A stretch of 63,805 bases of DNA, the filler included, from Octopus bimaculoides (taxonomy: Eukaryota): assembly GCF_001194135.2 (NCBI RefSeq). It is 4 parts of 4 records of this genome, joined end to end, with 100 filler letters (N's around TTAATTAATTAA, not from the genome) between each part and the next. Parts side by side here need not be neighbours in the genome. Positions count along the whole stretch, not along the records: positions 1 to 16,803 come from NC_069001.1; 3 more parts are not named here. One strand, 5' to 3'. The position numbers were made by a program, and so were the translations under genes. The notes under the pieces are model-generated. The model saw only the letters and a list, made by a program, of their open reading frames with translations, was not told the DNA's origin and searched no databases. Shown here one piece after another: positions 1-11,734 of the stretch (position 1 is the stretch's first letter; every line of letters starts with the position of its first letter).

Positions 1-149
1 TTACTTATTTCAGTTATCAGCCTGCGACCATGCTGGAGCACCGCCTTGAAGAATTTCACTCGAACAAATCGACCCCGGTACTTATTTTTTTAAAGCCTGT
101 TACTTATTTTATCGGTTGCTTTTGCCGAACCGCTATGTACATATATACT

Positions 150-312
150 GATTGACCGCTAGCCACTAAAGGTTTTTTTTATTCTCTCTCTCTCTGTTTA
201 TTTACTCGTGTTTCTTTCTGTTGAAGAGCGTAGGCTCGAAACATAAAGGACTTTCTCACAATTCCAAGCATTAAACTAAAACACCTGTTTGTTGTTTACA
301 CACCTATATATA
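150..312 (+). mobile_element. Penelope-like (PLE) 3'UTR-type dispersed repeat carrying the hammerhead motif
   Basis: Homologous to 32040-32222 (+) and 60640-60850 (-). All three share the hammerhead-like block, a downstream TTCC(C/A)(G/A)AGC(G/A)T..ACT segment and a (TA)n end. PLE origin is inferred from the known association of minimal hammerheads with PLEs. Confidence 0.5.
213..250 (+). ncRNA. Minimal type I hammerhead-like motif, copy 1 (CUGUUGA core)
   Basis: TCTTT-CTGTTGA-A-GAGC(GTAG)GCTC-GAA-ACAT-A-AAGGA. Helix I has 5 bp including one G.U, helix II has 4 bp, and helix III ACAT looks like a CpG-decayed ACGT palindrome. Confidence 0.5.
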
Positions 313-319
313 TATTCGG

Positions 320-475
320 CGGGCTAGTTTTCAGATTCCGTCTACCGAATCCACTCACAAGGCTTTGGTTGGCCCGGGGCTATAGTTGAAGACACTTGCC
401 CAGGTTTCCACGGCGTAGAGCTGAACCCGGAGCCATGTGGTTGAGAAGCAAACTTCTTACCACACAATCATGCTT
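320..475 (-). mobile_element. tRNA-derived SINE family A, 5' part (3' part at 1-135, separated by the PLE-type repeat)
   Basis: Reverse complement of the GTGTGGTAAG..GGTTC..GGCAAGTGTCTTC..GTGAGTGGATT head shared with 12469 and 50608. Confidence 0.75.
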
Positions 476-740
476 GTATGGCAAGCGTGGCTGGGGCTAA
501 ACCGTAACACGCATTTCGTTACAAGTACTTTGTTTCTCACTCTCCCTTCCCCTCTGTCTCACACTCTCACACACTCTCTCTCTCTCCCCATCTATACTCA
601 CTCTCTCTACACACATTGATACTCTCCTTATCTCTATATGTCTATATTTCTCTTCTTCCTCCTCTCCATTCTTCACCTGTCACACTGTCACGCCTCATCT
701 TTTCATCTCGTTTTCTCTCTTTATATCTTTCTCTCTCTCC

Positions 741-775
<35 letters not shown>

Positions 776-1325
776 CCTCTCCCTTTCACTATTTCTCCCT
801 TTCTATTTCCCTCTGTATCTATATCTCTCTCTATATGTATATACATATATACGTGTGTGTGTGTGTGTGTGTGTGTTTTCTATCACTTCACGTCCTCTTC
901 CTTCTCTCTGCACTCTTTCTCCTTCCTCTCTCTTNNNNNNNNNNNNNNNNNNNNNNNNNNNNNNNNNNNNNNNNNNNNNNNNNNNNNNNNNNNNNNNNNN
1001 NNNNNNNNNNNNNNNNNNNNNNNNNNNNNNNNNNNNNNNNNNNNNNNNNNNNNNNNNNNNNNNNNNNNNNNNNNNNNNNNNNNNNNNNNNNNNNNNNNNN
1101 NNNNNNNNNNNNNNNNNNNNNNNNNNNNNNNNNNNNNNNNNNNNNNNNNNNNNNNNNNNNNNNNNNNNNNNNNNNNNNNNNNNNNNNNNNNNNNNNNNNN
1201 NNNNNNNNNNNNNNNNNNNNNNNNNNNNNNNNNNNNNNNNNNNNNNNNNNNNNNNNNNNNNNNNNNNNNNNNNNNNNNNNNNNNNNNNNNNNNNNNNNNN
1301 NNNNNNNNNNNNNNNNNNNNNNNNN

Positions 1326-1381
<56 letters not shown>

Positions 1382-1826
1382 GCTACTAGTATTACTACTA
1401 CTACTACTACTACTAGTACTACTACTAAAACTGTGGCATCAACATCGCCGACAGGAGCCAACGGTGAAGCCTGTACGTGGCCGGTAAAACTGGTAGAAAT
1501 AGCAGCCAAGTCTCAGTTCGCTCACACGCACTGACTGTTTTAGAGAAGGAACGTTGGATAATGTGATCCTCGACTAATCCCGACTGGACTGCCTTTGATC
1601 ACAGTTCTGCTTTACCAACCCTATCTGACTTGGGGTTAAATAACAACTAAATCAACAACATAAAGAAAAACACAATTATAATCCTTCTATAACAACACCC
1701 GGTGAAAAGACTTACATATATATACATATATATACATATATACACATTCGTATACACACACGTACATACATACATACATACATACATTTGTGTGAATGTA
1801 TTGTTAGCAATCCACACACGTGTGAC

Positions 1827-1861
<35 letters not shown>

Positions 1862-2367
1862 CGTATAAATGCGTATATGTGTAATATAGTAATGTATATA
1901 TAAGTAAATGTGTGTATACGTCTGCATGTATGTCAAGTGTTCTGAATTATTACTGCCAGTCATTACCCGGTCTCGTCTCTTACCTTGACAGAAACAATTG
2001 ATGGAGGTCGAAGGTAAGTCCAGAATTCAATATATTCACCTATGGAGGGGTCCCTTACTTTGGTGTGTCACACTGATTCGATGTGGTGGCCTAGGTTGGG
2101 CTGGAGTGCTGTCAGTTTCTACGTTTGTTCGCCCCTCCCACCTTCCAAACATTTTGATGATTCTATTTATTTTCTTGTTCTTCATTGCTTTTTTTTCTTT
2201 TTCTTTCGGTGGAGTTTTGGATAAGGTACCCAAAGTACCCCACTCCTCATGTTAAACGAAACGTTATAAGGAAGCCGTGGGTATAATTGTAATAAAGCAA
2301 ATTAAAATAAAATAATATTATTCTGAGAAAATAATATTATTTTATAATTTCGTATAAAACTCAGTAA

Positions 2368-2671
2368 GGCAACCCTACACATGTGTGCCCCACTGACTTT
2401 GTTGCCTCATAACTTCCAGAAAAATGCATGTTATGATGAAATTTTCTACAAATATGCTTCAGATGGTGTACATTCTAATTATATCGGAATATGTGGTCAA
2501 AATTTTTTTCCGAGGGTTGGGTGAGGAATTTCGGAAAATTCACACGAGACAACTTTTTTTACACATAACTTTCAAAAACACGGGTAATTTTTTAAATGAA
2601 ATTTTCTATAACTACCTTTCAGAGTGTACAGATGACGATTAATCGGCGGGGCACACATGTGTAGGAGTGCC
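2368..2671. mobile_element. MITE with 24-bp TIRs and 9-bp TSD (Mutator/MULE-like)
   Basis: TIRs GGCAACCCTACACATGTGTGCCCC and GGGGCACACATGTGTAGGAGTGCC (2 mismatches). Perfect direct repeat ACTCAGTAA at 2359-2367 and 2672-2680. Confidence 0.88.
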
Positions 2672-3246
2672 ACTCAGTAAATACTAGAAAAAAAGATATA
2701 ATCTTTATTTACTTTCATAAGAGGTGTTGCGCGCCTAAATCCGAAACTTCGCTTGTTCTTATTTATTCTTTTTTTTCTATTATTCATATTATTTGCATTA
2801 TTCTTATCTTTGTATTATTGTTCTTGTTCTTGCTATTGTTGGGATCCTCCTCCACCACCCTTTTGTATCTTTTATTATTTCTCTCTTATAATGTCGCCCA
2901 AGTCTTAGGAAGCATCTGCGGCCTAGGGTGAATGAACTTACTCTAAGCATATACCTGTAGATTGGAGAAGAAAGACGAGGGCTCGTACTTTTGCTAGTCA
3001 GGGTGAGCCAGGATCTGTTGAGTTCCTTGATTGGCGCTTGTAGGATGTTCTCCTTCATCAGGAGGACTGCATCATTCATGCATTCACATAACTTTGCATG
3101 TTATGCATACTTTTATCTCATTTCACCTCCCCGACCCTTCCTCACTCCGTCTTCTATGTAAATCCGCACAAATCATAAAACGTCTTCGTAATGTCCCCCT
3201 CATCTGATGCCCCTATGGCAAATAAAAAAATATCATCATCACCATG

Positions 3247-3312
<66 letters not shown>

Positions 3313-3454
3313 TGAGTTCAAATTCAGCCGAGGTTGACTTTGCTTTTCATCCTTTCGAGGTCAATAGATTAAGTACTAGTCGAGCACTGGGGTCGATGTA
3401 ATCGACACGTCCCTCTCCCCTGAAATTTCAGGCATTGTGCCTCTAGTTGAAAGG

Positions 3455-3730
3455 ACTGTGGCGAGGATGGCCTGCATGAATGGATCTACTCTGAACATAG
3501 GCTTGTATGTTGAGAAGGAGAGAGAGACACCTGCTGAGGTGCTCCTGACAGTCGGGGTAACCAGGACGTGTGGGATCCCTTGGTTGTCCCTGGGTGGAGC
3601 TCCTTCATTTTGAATTTTTGTTGTTAATTGTTCTTATTTCAATTTTATATACGATGTGTTGTATTATCCCTTTTTATTGTGTGTTCGGCCCTCTTGGCCA
3701 ATAAAGAAAACATTATTATAATTATTATTA
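3455..3730 (+). mobile_element. Extreme 3' end of a Tx1-like LINE
   Basis: GAATGGATCTACT..TGAA matches the ORF2 terminus at about 4655-4675. Followed by CTTGGCCAATAAAG and an (ATT)n tail. Confidence 0.5.
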
Positions 3731-3749
3731 TTATTATTGTTATTATTGA

Positions 3750-4125
3750 GTGAGAGAGCAGCGCATGCCATCAAAGTGACACTGGGATACAAGTATATGT
3801 ACGGATCATGACTACCCGTCTGATAAGGGTACACCAGGTACATGCATTACAACCATATGTGCACGATATGGTCATCTCATATCAAGATTAACAGCGCATG
3901 ACCTTGCACATGGGGCCCACTTAGAATTTTCTTCGGGTTGAGAAGCCCATCTCGCTCAAAAGGTCCCTGAATAAGGGTTGTTTAAGGATGTAGAACGAAA
4001 CACTCGTTTCCAGAGGTGAAATATTCAAACTCCAATGAATTCCTCTCAACACGTGTCTATGGTGCTCCCCCTCTACATAGATCTTGATCAGAGATGCACA
4101 TATCATCAGCCACTAAATCAACTGG
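3750..4125 (-). repeat. Dispersed SINE-like repeat ending in (AAT)n
   Basis: GC-richer segment whose minus strand ends CTCTCTCACTC-AATAATAATAAT. No coding frame. Confidence 0.5.
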
Positions 4126-4224
4126 TTATGGTCAAACAACAGACAAGCAAATCTGTGGTATTGAGCAGAACATTTGCTGTAGCCCATCTTTTATACGAAG
4201 GCAAAACAATGTACAGTTAAGATC

Positions 4225-5000
4225 AGAAGCCATGAGAGCCAGTGCCTGGTATTGCATCAGGGCGCCAACAGCTGAACCTGCCCGAAATGCTAGCAGGGGA
4301 ACGAAACCGTTTTGCATGCAATAATCCAGTGTCCGTGCATTATAGAGTTGTGGGATTGTGTGGAGCAGCTGTTGTCGCATGTAATACGAATTCAGCTGTC
4401 TGCTGAGTGTAGTGAAGATTGACGTACCACCTTGCTTAAGCAGAGAAGGAAGGCAGATTTTTTCTGCTTAGTGGCTGTGACAAAAGAAGCTGTATGGTGG
4501 ACCAATCTGAAGGGGTTGCAGACAGGCAAATTCTGTTAAATTCCTCACCATTTTCTTTAAATGTCATTTAAAGAGGAAGGTGAGGGTAGAGTAGGAAGTG
4601 CTGCCTTCTAGTGTGTTTATCAAAAGTGGTCGACGGTGGCAAGTCTGATGAGACTGAATGGATCTACTATGAATATGCTTTTCTAAGCAGAAGGAAAGAA
4701 ACTGGAAGATGGCACTTTCTCATGCCTTGGAGATGGCAGAGTAATCCGGGATTTTTGTGTAGGTTTTACCCCGGATCACCCTAATTGGACTGCCCCACAA
4801 GTGGGGATTCTATTTATTTATTTACTATAATTTATTTCTCTACTTTCTATTATATAACTTGTTATATCCTTTAACGTAGTAATATCTCCCTTTGGTTGAG
4901 GTTAACCCCACATGCTTATGTCTTTGTAATCTTTTTGTGCTGTAACTCGTCCTTCGATATTGTCCTCCATGTCTTGGGCTCTTGTGGCCAATAAAAGAAA
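4225..5000 (+). mobile_element. Tx1/L1-clade LINE, degenerate ORF2 C-terminus + 3'UTR
   Basis: Reads AWYCIR..ETVLHAIIQCP (CCHC finger remnant), then LVAVTKEAVWWT, FKCHLKRKVRVE and FIKRWSTVASLMR, with frameshifts. Ends AATAAAAG + (CAT)n. Confidence 0.7.
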
Positions 5001-5051
5001 CCATCATCGTCGTCATCATCATCATCATCATCATCATCATCACCATCATCA

Positions 5052-5110
<59 letters not shown>

Positions 5111-5379
5111 GTGGGGTGAGCCGGTACAAACATTAAGTCGTCGGACAAAATTCTTAGTGGCATTTCTTCCAGTTCTTTAGTTCTGATTTTAAATCTTGCT
5201 CGCATCAACTTCGCCTTTTATTCTTTCAGGGTCGATAAGGTAAACTAACAATCAACCACTTTGGTCGATGTAATCGACTATGCTCCTCGCTCAAAATTTG
5301 TGGCCTGGTGTCCGGAGCCCTTTTCCTCTCCACTCTCACTTTTCCGTTTACCAGTTCTATTTGGAAAGAAAAGTGAGTG

Positions 5380-5757
5380 TGAAGACTGACGGGCTTTTTC
5401 CACAGTGATTTTGTCAAAAGGTGGGTAACTATAGCGAAAATGGTTAGGGTGACTGGTACTACTTTAAGCCTGCTTCTGTTGACGGGAGCGCAAGAGCTGG
5501 GCGAAGGTTTGTGGTTCCTGGTTGTCTGCGTGATCTTGAATTTGTAGGGTTTCTCTGATTAGCCCCCGTTGGAGGCTTCTCTTGTCTCAGAAGGCCTGCA
5601 CCAAATATATATTCACATATTTTATATGCTTTACGTCTTTTCTCCATCTCTTTTTCTCCTCACTCGATTTTATGTAAACCTTGTCCCACATAAACTGTGA
5701 CCTTAATCTCCACCCTCATTTGACGCCCTTGGGCAAATAAAAGACATCATCATCATC

Positions 5758-5812
<55 letters not shown>
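5380..5812 (+). mobile_element. Another Tx1-like LINE 3' end
   Basis: Reads SDFVKRWVTIAKMVRVTGTTLSL, similar to the 4225-5000 C-terminus. Ends GCAAATAAAAG + (CAT)n. Confidence 0.55.
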
Positions 5813-5813
<1 letters not shown>

Positions 5814-6991
5814 TCACAGAGATCAGCTTTGTTTTTCATCTCTTCGAGGTCTATATGATAAGTACAAATCAAGTATTAAGCTCAATGGAATCGACTAACA
5901 CAATTTTTCTAAAACTGTTGGCCTCACACCAAAATTTTAAACAATTATTATGAATGGGGACCTTTCATAATATTTTTTCCTCTCTTACTTGTTTTCATTT
6001 TTCCCACCATTCACGTAAACCTCCAAATTGTATGTAGTACCACTTCCTTTCCACTCTCCCCTACTGTATTTTGAGCTTTGGTGCTTAATAAAGAAATCAC
6101 CATTATTGTCGTTATTAATCGAATCGAAGGGCGAAGGGAACGCGGTGGATTGGCAGACTTGTTAGCACATCGGACAAAATGCCATGAGGAATTTCTTCCG
6201 GCTCTTTACACTCTGAGTTCAAATCCCACCAATGTCAACCCGGCCTTCATTTATTCTGAGTAGATATAATACAGTACCAGTCAACAACTGGAGTCAGTTT
6301 AATTGATTAACCTAACCCCTTCTCTAAAAAAACTGCTGGCCTTATGCCTACGAAAAATTTATATTATTAGTTGTTGTTATTGTGGTTTAGCCCCAGATCA
6401 ACCAAATAGAAAAGACCCGTGTGGTTATTTGACTTGCTAGAAATAGTAACTAAATCCTTCTCAATCCAAAACCTACCACATTGAACAAAGCAAGAAACAT
6501 TCGTTAATCAAACCCCAGAAGTCTAGAAGGGAAGGTCATGGCTGAAATACTTTTGATCATGGGTTTACTTGGTCATAGCTGACACACTGTTAAACAGCGA
6601 TAACAACTTACGTCACGCACAAGTACACAATCTTGGTGGTTTCTGATCCGTGATCTGTCATAGTGCTTCAAGTGAGAGCCAGGGCAGCTCTCTCACGACA
6701 CACTTCACTGATGTAACACAGAAATAACACACTGGACCGTATAATGTTAGATTTCTTCTCTAAAAGGCGGGATGGACACGACTAGGATGTCTGCTTATCA
6801 TAGTTCTGCTGAGTCAGGGCTGACCTGGTGTTAAATAACAACAGCGTTTGCTGTAATACTTGAGTCCATTGAATCTCCAAAGTCATTTGCAGGGAAAGTT
6901 TGCTCAAGGGACGAAACTCCAAATACTTTACAAAATGGTACTTTATGTATGCATGTATGTATGTATGTACGTATGAATGTATGTATGTATG

Positions 6992-7036
<45 letters not shown>

Positions 7037-7575
7037 NNNNNNNNNNNNNNNNNNNNNNNNNNNNNNNNNNNNNNNNNNNNNNNNNNNNNNNNNNNNNNNN
7101 NNNNNNNNNNNNNNNNNNNNNNNNNNNNNNNNNNNNNNNNNNNNNNNNNNNNNNNNNNNNNNNNNNNNNNNNNNNNNNNNNNNNNNNNNNNNNNNNNNNN
7201 NNNNNNNNNNNNNNNNNNNNNNNNNNNNNNNNNNNNNNNNNNNNNNNNNNNNNNNNNNNNNNNNNNNNNNNNNNNNNNNNNNNNNNNNNNNNNNNNNNNN
7301 NNNNNNNNNNNNNNNNNNNNNNNNNNNNNNNNNNNNNNNNNNNNNNNNNNNNNNNNNNNNNNNNNNNNNNNNNNNNNNNNNNNNNNNNNNNNNNNNNNNN
7401 NNNNNNNNNNNNNNNNNNNNNNNNNNNNNNNNNNNNNNNNNNNNNNNNNNNNNNNNNNNNNNNNNNNNNNNNNNNNNNNNNNNNNNNNNNNNNNNNNNNN
7501 NNNNNNNNNNNNNNNNNNNNNNNNNNNNNNNNNNNNNNNNNNNNNNNNNNNNNNNNNNNNNNNNNNNNNNNNNNN

Positions 7576-7636
<61 letters not shown>

Positions 7637-8488
7637 TCTCCCATATCTCATTCTCAAACACACATACTCTCTCTACTGCCCTTCTTGTGTATTCAACAAA
7701 CGTCTGTCTAATTAACTTTGCGCCAGTCCGAAGTATTTTCATAAGTCTGTCCTAAACCTCCATGCTTGTTTTCCAGACTTTTAGTTAACCCCTGATTCAT
7801 ACATTCTGAGTAATATAAAGCTTTCGTTTCATAAGTCCCAAGTTATTCTCGAGGTTGCAAAAATAGGAAATGTATGTATGTGTCTGAACCAGATTTACGT
7901 CAGAGAAATATGTCCTGTATATCACATGTGATACGCAGACAGTGAAAGCACGTGGCTTAGTGGTTGGGGTATTCGGCTCTTGGTCTTAAGGTCGTGAGTT
8001 CGGAGACTTTATTTCACGTCATTCCATCCACTGAGTAATATCCGTATTTCCAAATGAGTAATATCCGTATTTCAAAGGGTCAGTCTTGACGCTGAATCTC
8101 CCTGAGAACTACGTTAAGGTACGCGTATCTGAAGAGTGCTCAACCGCTTGCACGTTAATTTCATGAGCAGGCTGTTCCGTTGATCGGATCAACTGGAACA
8201 CTTGTCGTCGTATCCTAAATGTAATTTCTGAGCCAAATCAACATGACACAGGATGTGACAAGACTATGACTTCAAAGATACAATCCGACGGGTGGGTTTC
8301 TCAGGGCTTGGGTTCATCAGAGACTATGGGTGCCGTGCTGTGGGATTGAAACCTGGACCTCGTCATCAAGAAACTTGGTTTGGAACTATTCCGCCATGTC
8401 AGCACCTGTAACTGATAAATACACACACGCACACGCACGCACATACACACACACGCATATACATATATACATATAAACTCACATACAT

Positions 8489-8530
<42 letters not shown>

Positions 8531-8540
8531 NNNNNNNNNN

Positions 8541-8581
<41 letters not shown>

Positions 8582-8699
8582 CATACACACACACGCACAC
8601 ACGCTCACATGCACACACGCACATGCACACATAAGATCATGTAGACCAAGAAAGACATGATGGTCAGGGTTGGAATCCCTTCATCTTAGGTCAGTTCAA

Positions 8700-8895
8700 T
8701 CAGAACTGATCTGGGACTTAACAATTTTATAGATCTCTATTCTATTCGAACTCACAATGGCGGTTACCTTGACACCGATATGCTCTATCACTCGAACGTT
8801 TAATGATTTGTTCCTCAGGTCATTTAAAAGGTGACTTTGTTTCCAAGGCGACCCACGGCCCCTGACATTTATGCAACCTGTTCTGAGCATCACCG
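8700..8895 (-). mobile_element. Tx1/L1-like LINE APE endonuclease N-terminus fragment
   Basis: MLRTGCINVRGRGSPWKQSHLLNDLRNKSLNVRVIE matches the APE start pattern .IGSINVRGL...K...LL.DL....V..I.E. Confidence 0.6.
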
Positions 8896-8951
8896 TAATA
8901 ATAATAATAATGATAACAATAATAATAATAATAATAATAACAATAATAATA

Positions 8952-9006
<55 letters not shown>

Positions 9007-9009
9007 ATG

Positions 9010-10752
9010 ATTTGGAGAAGGAGAGTCTTTCAAATATTGAACCATTTGAAGGACCAGCCATCAGAGTAGGTAGCAGTATAATAGATAAGGCAATTAAGCA
9101 AATGAAGACTAAGAAAGCCCCATGACCATTGGATATCACTACCGAGTTGATTAAAATATCAAGAGGTGTGGAATACAGCCTAGTTATTCGTGTGGTAAAT
9201 CAGGTTATTCAGGAAGGCGTCATCCCCAAAGACTGGTGTAACAGTATTATAGTCAGCTACTTCAAGGGTAAAGGTGATGCCTTAGATAGAAACAACTACA
9301 GAGGTATCAAACTGCTGGATCAGGTCATGAAAATTACAGAGAGAGTTATATCTCAACTAATTAGGGATAGAATTAAACTGGATGAGATGCAGTTTGGTTT
9401 TGTTTGTGGGATAAGTACTACAGATACCATCTTCATGGTGAGACAGTTGCAAGAAAAGTATTTGACGAAAAGTAAGCCATTGTACTTAGCCTTCGTCAAC
9501 CTGGAGAAAGCTTTCAACAGGGTTCCCCATTCTCTTATTTGGTGGTCTCTAAGGGAGATAGGAGCAGAGGAGTGGCTTGTTGGAGCGGTTCAAGCCATGT
9601 ACAGTGATGCTGTCGTAAGGTGAGAGTTGGCCTTGAATACAGTGATGAATTCAACATAAAAGTTGGAGTACATCAGGGATCAGTTCTTAGTCCACTGTTA
9701 TTCATCATAGTTCTCCGGGCCATAACAGATAAATCCAAAACTGGATGCCCATGAGAACTACTATATGCTGATGATCTTGCTCTTATTGTAGAATCTGAAG
9801 CAGAATTGAAGAAGAAGTTCTGGGTTTGGAAGCAAAATCTGGAATCAAAGGGCCTTAAAATTAACTTGGCTAAAACTAAAGTTGTTGTTAGCAAGAAAGG
9901 AGATAAGACTCTCATTCCGGCTGGCAAATGACCCTGTTCATTATGTAGAAAAGGAGTGGGACGTGATTCCATGTGCTGCACCAAGTGTAAGCTATGGACG
10001 CATAAGAGATGCAGTGGAATTATGGGAAGATTATCAGATGAGGTTGCTTTTGTGTGATATCCAATGGTCCAGGAAAGCCCCAGGACCATTGGATATCACT
10101 GCCGAGATGATTAACAGTAAATACTAAGAGCACGAGGGACTTAAACTCTCTCAAATGTCCATGAGGCTCTCTTGAGGTAGTAGATAGTTTCTGCTATTTA
10201 GGTGACCAAATTAGTAATGGTGGTGGATGCTCTGAAAATATTGTTTCTAGAATAAGAATAGGATGGTGGAAGTTCAGAGAACCACGACCTCTGTTGGCAG
10301 CAAAAGGACCCTCTCAGAGTGAAAGGTAGCTTGTATGATGCTTGGGTGAGAACAGCTGTTACATGATAGTGAGACATGGACTCTGACCGTGGAGGACATG
10401 CGTAAGCTGAAAAGGAATGAAAGTAGTATGCTCCGTTGGATTTGCAACATCAGTGTGCATGATCGACAATGCACAACTGTGTTGAGAGAAGTTAGGCATA
10501 AGAGGGATTAAACGTGGTGTGCAAGAAGAGACTGTGTTGGTTTGGACATATGATGCATATGAGTGAAGACAGCTGTATACAGAAGTGTCTGTCGCTGAAA
10601 GTGGATGGTATCTGTGGAAGAGGGAGACCCAGGAAGATATGGGATGAAGTGGTGAGGACTGATCTTAGGATGCTGGACCTCATGGAGGAAATGACAGTAA
10701 ACCGAGATGTTTGGCGATATGAGGTCCTAGAGAAGAACTGTCCACAAAACTG
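9010..10752 (+). mobile_element. RTE-clade LINE, degenerate reverse transcriptase to C-terminus
   Basis: Contains KGKGDALDRNNYRGIKLL, QFGF, LAFVNLEKAFNRVP, VGVHQGSVLSPLLF, LLYADDL, INLAKTK, and C-terminal RLCWFGHMM and GRGRPRKIWDEVV. Several stops and frameshifts. A pyrimidine-rich 3'UTR follows to about 11640. Confidence 0.92.
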
Positions 10753-11225
10753 AGTGCTAGAAGAGTTGTATCCCACCCACATGTAACAACACTCTTTTCA
10801 CCCACTCTACCCTAAGAAATCAAATTAGAATCCCTTTTCTAATTACATCTTCCTCTTCCTCACATTTCCTCCTCATACATTATGATTGTTTTCCAATCCC
10901 CTTTCTTGCCATCACTGCCATGCTCACTGTATCACTGCTCCCTATACACCCTGCCACCCACACCCACTCCCTTTTTTCCTAATCAGGTTCTATGCTCATA
11001 TTCTTGTTTATTGTGAGTATACCCTAACCCTACACCATCTCTCTTCTGCTCTCACTTATACTTTTGCTGTTTCCAACTCTCTCTCTATCTCTCTCTCTTT
11101 CCCTTTGGTCACTCTCTCTCCCTCCTCTTGTTTTTTCTCTGACTAGGTAACCAAGCATCACCTTTACATCAGCACACTTCTTTCTGGCCTCATTCTGTAC
11201 CTCGCTCTCACTATCTCTCCCCTCT

Positions 11226-11261
<36 letters not shown>

Positions 11262-11734
11262 TATCTCTCTCACTGGGTAACCCTGTACCTCCTCTATAAC
11301 AAGACACCTATTTCTGCCTCTCTATTTCTCTGTTACACTCTAACCTTTCATCTAATGCCCCCCCCCCACCTCTTTGTTGTGGCAAGACACCTGCTTCTTT
11401 CTCTCTGTCNNNNNNNNNNTGTTACACTCTAACCTTTCATCTAATGCCCCCCCCCCACCTCTTTGTTGTGGCAAGACACCTGCTTCTTTCTCTCTGTCTC
11501 TTTGTCACACTCTGACTTTCATCCTCTGACACAAATGCCCTGCCCTTCTCATAATTCCTTGTCTTGTGAGTTACTCGGTTACCCTGCCAATGCTGGTGCC
11601 ACATTAAAAGCATCCAGTCCACACTGTAACGTGGTCGACGTCTGGAAGGCCATCACTCCTTCAATGGTGATAGACTCATTTTCTTCCTTTCTTGAAGTTC
11701 AATCTACTCGTATATCTACGATGACAAGAACCAT

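Noticed and set aside
616-1534. Long ORFs of 200-300 aa in the track here and at 6831-7755, 31727-32677, 39745-40572, 49455-50075 and 62240-63015
   Set aside because: They are made of N-gap X residues and microsatellite translations (poly-T/Y/L, YI, CV, ER), so they are not genes.
11331-11497. Tandem duplication of about 79 bp on both sides of a 10-N gap
   Set aside because: Near-identical copies abutting a minimal gap are typical of an unmerged contig overlap, so this is an assembly artefact.
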